A DNA stretch of 64,000 nucleotides from Aquificaceae bacterium (lineage in GTDB: Bacteria; Aquificota; Aquificia; Aquificales; Aquificaceae). Of the stretch, positions 60,899 to 64,000 are shown piece after piece. How positions within the stretch are numbered: position 1 is the first letter of the stretch; each line of letters starts with the position of its first letter. The stretch is from contig JAXSNR010000002.1 in assembly GCA_037925075.1 (NCBI GenBank), positions 640,001 to 704,000 on the forward strand. Direction: 5' to 3'. Below the pieces are notes generated by a model. It searched no databases. It saw only the letters and a list, made by a program, of their open reading frames with translations, and was not told the origin of the DNA. The translations under genes were made by a program, and so were the position numbers.

Positions 60899-62097
60899 TG
60901 TCCCTTAGAAGGAACTTCTTTCTTTTTCTTATTGTGGTGGCTGTCTCAAGCGGGCTTTTCTTTTTGTGCATACACTTGAGTGTGGGAAAAGTTTTTTATC
61001 TTTTGGTGGATAGCCATCTTTCAGAGGATGTGGTGGAGTTTGAAAGGCTTTATTCAGAGGGTGAGGATATAAACAAGTACGAACCTTTTGCTCTGAGAAA
61101 CCATGAGGGGCTTGTGGTGGATGCAAGCAGTCTGGAGCTTATACCTACTTTTAAGCCTGACGCAGTGCCTTATGTGGAAAACTTCAGCTTTGGAGACAAA
61201 ACCTACCGCTTTATAACCACTAGGACTTCAAAGGGTTTTTATTTACAGTACGGTATGGATATATCCCAAAGCTTGAAGTTTCTAAAACTTTTGGGTTATA
61301 TGCTGATGGCAGGTTGGTTAGCCTTTGTATCTTTATTGCTTATCTTCTACTGGTTTTTTGTAAAAAGGAGTTTGCTTGGGCTTGAATTGGCGGTCAGAAG
61401 AAGCCTTGAAGGAAAAGAGGTAAAAACCTACATGGAAATAGAACCTTTGGTGGCAGAGCTTCGGCAAAAGATAAAAGACCTAAGGGAACAATCTCAACAT
61501 TACAGGGACCTCCTTATGGTTCTTAGCCACTCTTTAAAGACGCCTTTGGGCAGGCTTTACCTAAAGCTGGAACTTCTATCAAAAAGACACAGTGATTTGA
61601 ACCTTGAGGAGATAAGGAGGGAGCTTGAAAGTATAGAAAAAAGCTCAAGGGCTTTCCTTAGGCTCACAAAGTTAGAAACTCAGGCTTACCATCCTAATAT
61701 TCAAAGATGTAATCTAAAGGAGCTTTTAGAATTACTTTTTAAGGTTTATTCTTCTGCCAACATAAGGGCACAGATGGACGAGGTTTATACAGAGTGTGAC
61801 CCAGAGCTTGCCATGGAGGTTTTTCATGTGCTTTTGGATAACGCCATAAGGCATGGAGAGGGTGATGTGCTTCTATCTTTAAAAGGTTGCGAGCTAAGAG
61901 TAGAAAACCTATCTTCAAAACCGGTGGACGAAAGCCTTTTTGAGGAGCCAAAGGGCAAGAGATTGGGAGGTGTGGGACTCTATATAGCCAAAAGGCTTTG
62001 TCAGGTGCTTGGCTGGTCTTTGAGGATGGAACAAAGAAGGGAAGGAGAGCTATACAGGGTGTCCTTTAGCGTAGTGTTCTGTGAAAAGAGTTATTAA
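60898..62097 (+). CDS. Sensor histidine kinase
   Basis: Two TM helices, H-box SHSLKTPL, N-box LLDNAIRHG, GVGLYIAK. Confidence 0.9.
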   Translation: MSLRRNFFLFLIVVAVSSGLFFLCIHLSVGKVFYLLVDSHLSEDVVEFERLYSEGEDINKYEPFALRNHEGLVVDASSLELIPTFKPDAVPYVENFSFGDKTYRFITTRTSKGFYLQYGMDISQSLKFLKLLGYMLMAGWLAFVSLLLIFYWFFVKRSLLGLELAVRRSLEGKEVKTYMEIEPLVAELRQKIKDLREQSQHYRDLLMVLSHSLKTPLGRLYLKLELLSKRHSDLNLEEIRRELESIEKSSRAFLRLTKLETQAYHPNIQRCNLKELLELLFKVYSSANIRAQMDEVYTECDPELAMEVFHVLLDNAIRHGEGDVLLSLKGCELRVENLSSKPVDESLFEEPKGKRLGGVGLYIAKRLCQVLGWSLRMEQRREGELYRVSFSVVFCEKSY

Positions 62098-62125
62098 TCT
62101 TCCGTTAATATCTTTTGTCTATAAT
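62094..62125 (+). promoter_or_regulatory. Second OmpR-family direct-repeat box (TTAATCTTCCGTTAATA) plus -10 TATAAT
   Basis: TTAA-N7-TTAA at 62094/62105; TATAAT at 62120-62125, same 15-nt offset as the first box. Confidence 0.6.
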
Positions 62126-62134
62126 AAAACTCTA

Positions 62135-63319
62135 ATGCTTGTAGCTTTTCTTTTTGCTTTCTTTGGACTTTCCTTTGCCATTGACTTAAAAAGTGCGGTA
62201 CAGTTTTCCATAGAGAACAGTCCCTATTTAAAGGGGCTTCCCGCAGAGAGGCTCTCCTATGAGGGTAAAAGGCTTAGCTACCGTTCAAGTCTCAACCCAA
62301 GCCTATCCGTGGAGGTGGGAAACTTTGGCACCTCAAAGGAGGGCTTTTCAAAGGCACCAGTGCACAGCATTACCTATACGCAACCCCTTTTGTACCCGTC
62401 CCTTTTCAAGAAGGTAGAAGAGCTGTACCACTTGCAAAGCAAAGCCTTAGACTATCGTATAGAGTCAGAAAAGAACAAGCTTGCTCAGGAGGCATACCTA
62501 CTCTTTTATCAAGCACTCTATATGCAAGAGCTTTTAAAGATGTTGGAGGAAGAGCTAAAGCTTCAACGGGAGATTAAGGACTTTGTGGAAAAAGGCTTTA
62601 AACTCGGTGAGAATACAAGGCTTGAGCTTTTAAGGGCTCAAAGGGAACTGCAACTGCTTGAGGGAGAAAAAGACATAGCTTATTCAAGATACAAGGCATT
62701 CTTGGAGGAGCTTTCTATCCTTACTGGAAGAGAGATAAAGGAAGTACAGGGCTCCTTTATCTTGCCCAAGTGGCAGGAGGTGGAGCTCGAAAGCCTGCCC
62801 TTCTTTACCTACTACAATGTCCTAATTAAAAGCCTTTCAAGAAAGATGGATGTGGAGAGGTTGCTATCAAAACCCTCTTACTCGGTAAGCTTCACCACGG
62901 AAAAAGTCGCTGACAAAGAATATGGTTTTAGGTTGGGGCTTTCGGTTAACTTGCCAATCTTTTACGCAAGGCAGGGAGAGATACTTGAACTAAAGGCTCA
63001 GGAAAGACTGCTTTTTGCAGAAGCGGAAACTCAAAGGCAAAAAGTTTTTGCACAGCTTAGGTCTGCAAAAATACAATTTGAGCAGATAAAAAAAGAGGTG
63101 GAGAATATAGAAGAAAAGCTTATACCTCAGGCTCAAAAGGAGCTGGAGCTTGCCCTCAAAAGCTACAAACTGAGAACCATAACCCTTCTGGAGCTTTCTC
63201 AAACAAAGAGGAGCTACTACGAACTTTTGAAAAGAAAGCTTGAGCTAACACTTCAAGCACATACAGAATACGCAAAAGGAATAGCCTACGGAGGGTCCGC
63301 ATGGTGTGGATGCTTTTAA
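62135..63319 (+). CDS. TolC-family outer-membrane efflux protein (CzcC-like)
   Basis: Signal peptide from ATG 62135, NP motif, LSVNLPIF, two helical repeats (GENTRLELLRAQ / RTITLLEL). Confidence 0.85.
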   Translation: MLVAFLFAFFGLSFAIDLKSAVQFSIENSPYLKGLPAERLSYEGKRLSYRSSLNPSLSVEVGNFGTSKEGFSKAPVHSITYTQPLLYPSLFKKVEELYHLQSKALDYRIESEKNKLAQEAYLLFYQALYMQELLKMLEEELKLQREIKDFVEKGFKLGENTRLELLRAQRELQLLEGEKDIAYSRYKAFLEELSILTGREIKEVQGSFILPKWQEVELESLPFFTYYNVLIKSLSRKMDVERLLSKPSYSVSFTTEKVADKEYGFRLGLSVNLPIFYARQGEILELKAQERLLFAEAETQRQKVFAQLRSAKIQFEQIKKEVENIEEKLIPQAQKELELALKSYKLRTITLLELSQTKRSYYELLKRKLELTLQAHTEYAKGIAYGGSAWCGCF

Positions 63320-64000
63320 TTCCTTTCCTTGTCTTTGCACAGGTTATAAGGGTGGAAGAAGCAATTATGCAAAAGCTTGGCATAAAAACTCAAAAGGTAA
63401 AGGTGGAAGTCCAAAGCCCAGAGCTAAGGCTTCCCGCCCAGCTTAGGGCAGACATGGGCAAAAGTGTAGAAATCTACTCACCCCTTGAGGGAATTGTAAA
63501 AAGGATATACATAAAGGAGGGAGACGAGGTAAAGAAAGGACAACCCTTGGCGGAGGTGTATTCTCCAAAGGTGGCAGAACTCAACGCTCAAATTCGCATG
63601 GCACACGTTAAACTTCAAACCGCGGAAGAAAACCTTAAAAGAGAAGAGCTTCTCTACAGGGAAGAGGTTATACCCTATGCAAGGTACTTCTCCGCAAAGG
63701 TGGAGTACGACAAAGCCCTTGCGGAGTATAGAGCGTTGCTTCAAAGCAGGGATTCCTTAGGAGAGATAAGAGGAGAGCATCTGGTGATAAGAGCTCCTAA
63801 TAGTGGTGTGGTAGTGGAGCAAAAGGCTGTACTTGGCTCCTCTGTAGGACTGGGAAGTCCTCTTTTTAAGGTGCAAGACTATTCAAGACTTTGGGCTTAC
63901 GCCTACGCAGAGCCGGGCTTTAAAGTGGAAGGCGACAGCTTTGTGGAATATGAAGGGAAAAGCTATCCAGCAAGGCTTGAGTGGGTTTCTCCAAGGCTTG
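63301..64000 (+). CDS. RND efflux periplasmic adaptor subunit (CzcB/CusB-like), partial
   Basis: Translated by hand: MVWMLLIPFLVFAQ...KLGIKT...IYSPLEGIVKRIYIKEGDEVKKGQPLAEVYSPK...IRAPNSGVV; open to the window edge. Confidence 0.88.
   Translation, partial: MVWMLLIPFLVFAQVIRVEEAIMQKLGIKTQKVKVEVQSPELRLPAQLRADMGKSVEIYSPLEGIVKRIYIKEGDEVKKGQPLAEVYSPKVAELNAQIRMAHVKLQTAEENLKREELLYREEVIPYARYFSAKVEYDKALAEYRALLQSRDSLGEIRGEHLVIRAPNSGVVVEQKAVLGSSVGLGSPLFKVQDYSRLWAYAYAEPGFKVEGDSFVEYEGKSYPARLEWVSPRL

Overview
Gene-dense chromosomal window from a thermophilic Aquificaceae bacterium (Hydrogenobacter/Thermocrinis-like). The taxonomy is inferred from protein style, frequent AGG/AGA/ATA codons and scrambled housekeeping gene order. 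It holds about 60 mostly housekeeping CDSs (argD, tatBC, pyrD, cfa, guaA, glyA, thiL, pycB, pyrG, groES/EL, ispE-prs-rplY-pth-ppa-kdsD-dxr, uppS/cdsA, eno, ribD, fmt, tsaD, cimA, dnaG, hemD, lpxC, kdsB, tsaB, glutamate synthase). It also holds two tRNAs (Ser-CGA, Gln-TTG) and, at the right edge, a two-component system plus a TolC/RND efflux locus. I saw no CRISPR array, IS element, integrase or prophage. The most notable observations are: (1) an accessory ~851-codon secreted Cys-repeat protein gene split only by one in-frame UGA; (2) a recurring layout of a -10 box 5-8 nt before the start codon with no Shine-Dalgarno, suggesting leaderless or near-leaderless mRNAs; (3) tRNA-Gln overlapping the ispE stop codon, with a near-consensus promoter inside ispE; (4) twin TTAA-N7-TTAA boxes with identical promoter geometry in the TCS/efflux locus; (5) a protein with tandem atypical receiver domains and acidic linkers; (6) two further broken genes, an O-antigen-ligase-like gene and a nuclease-like remnant. 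I cannot claim a clearly new multi-gene system from the sequence alone.
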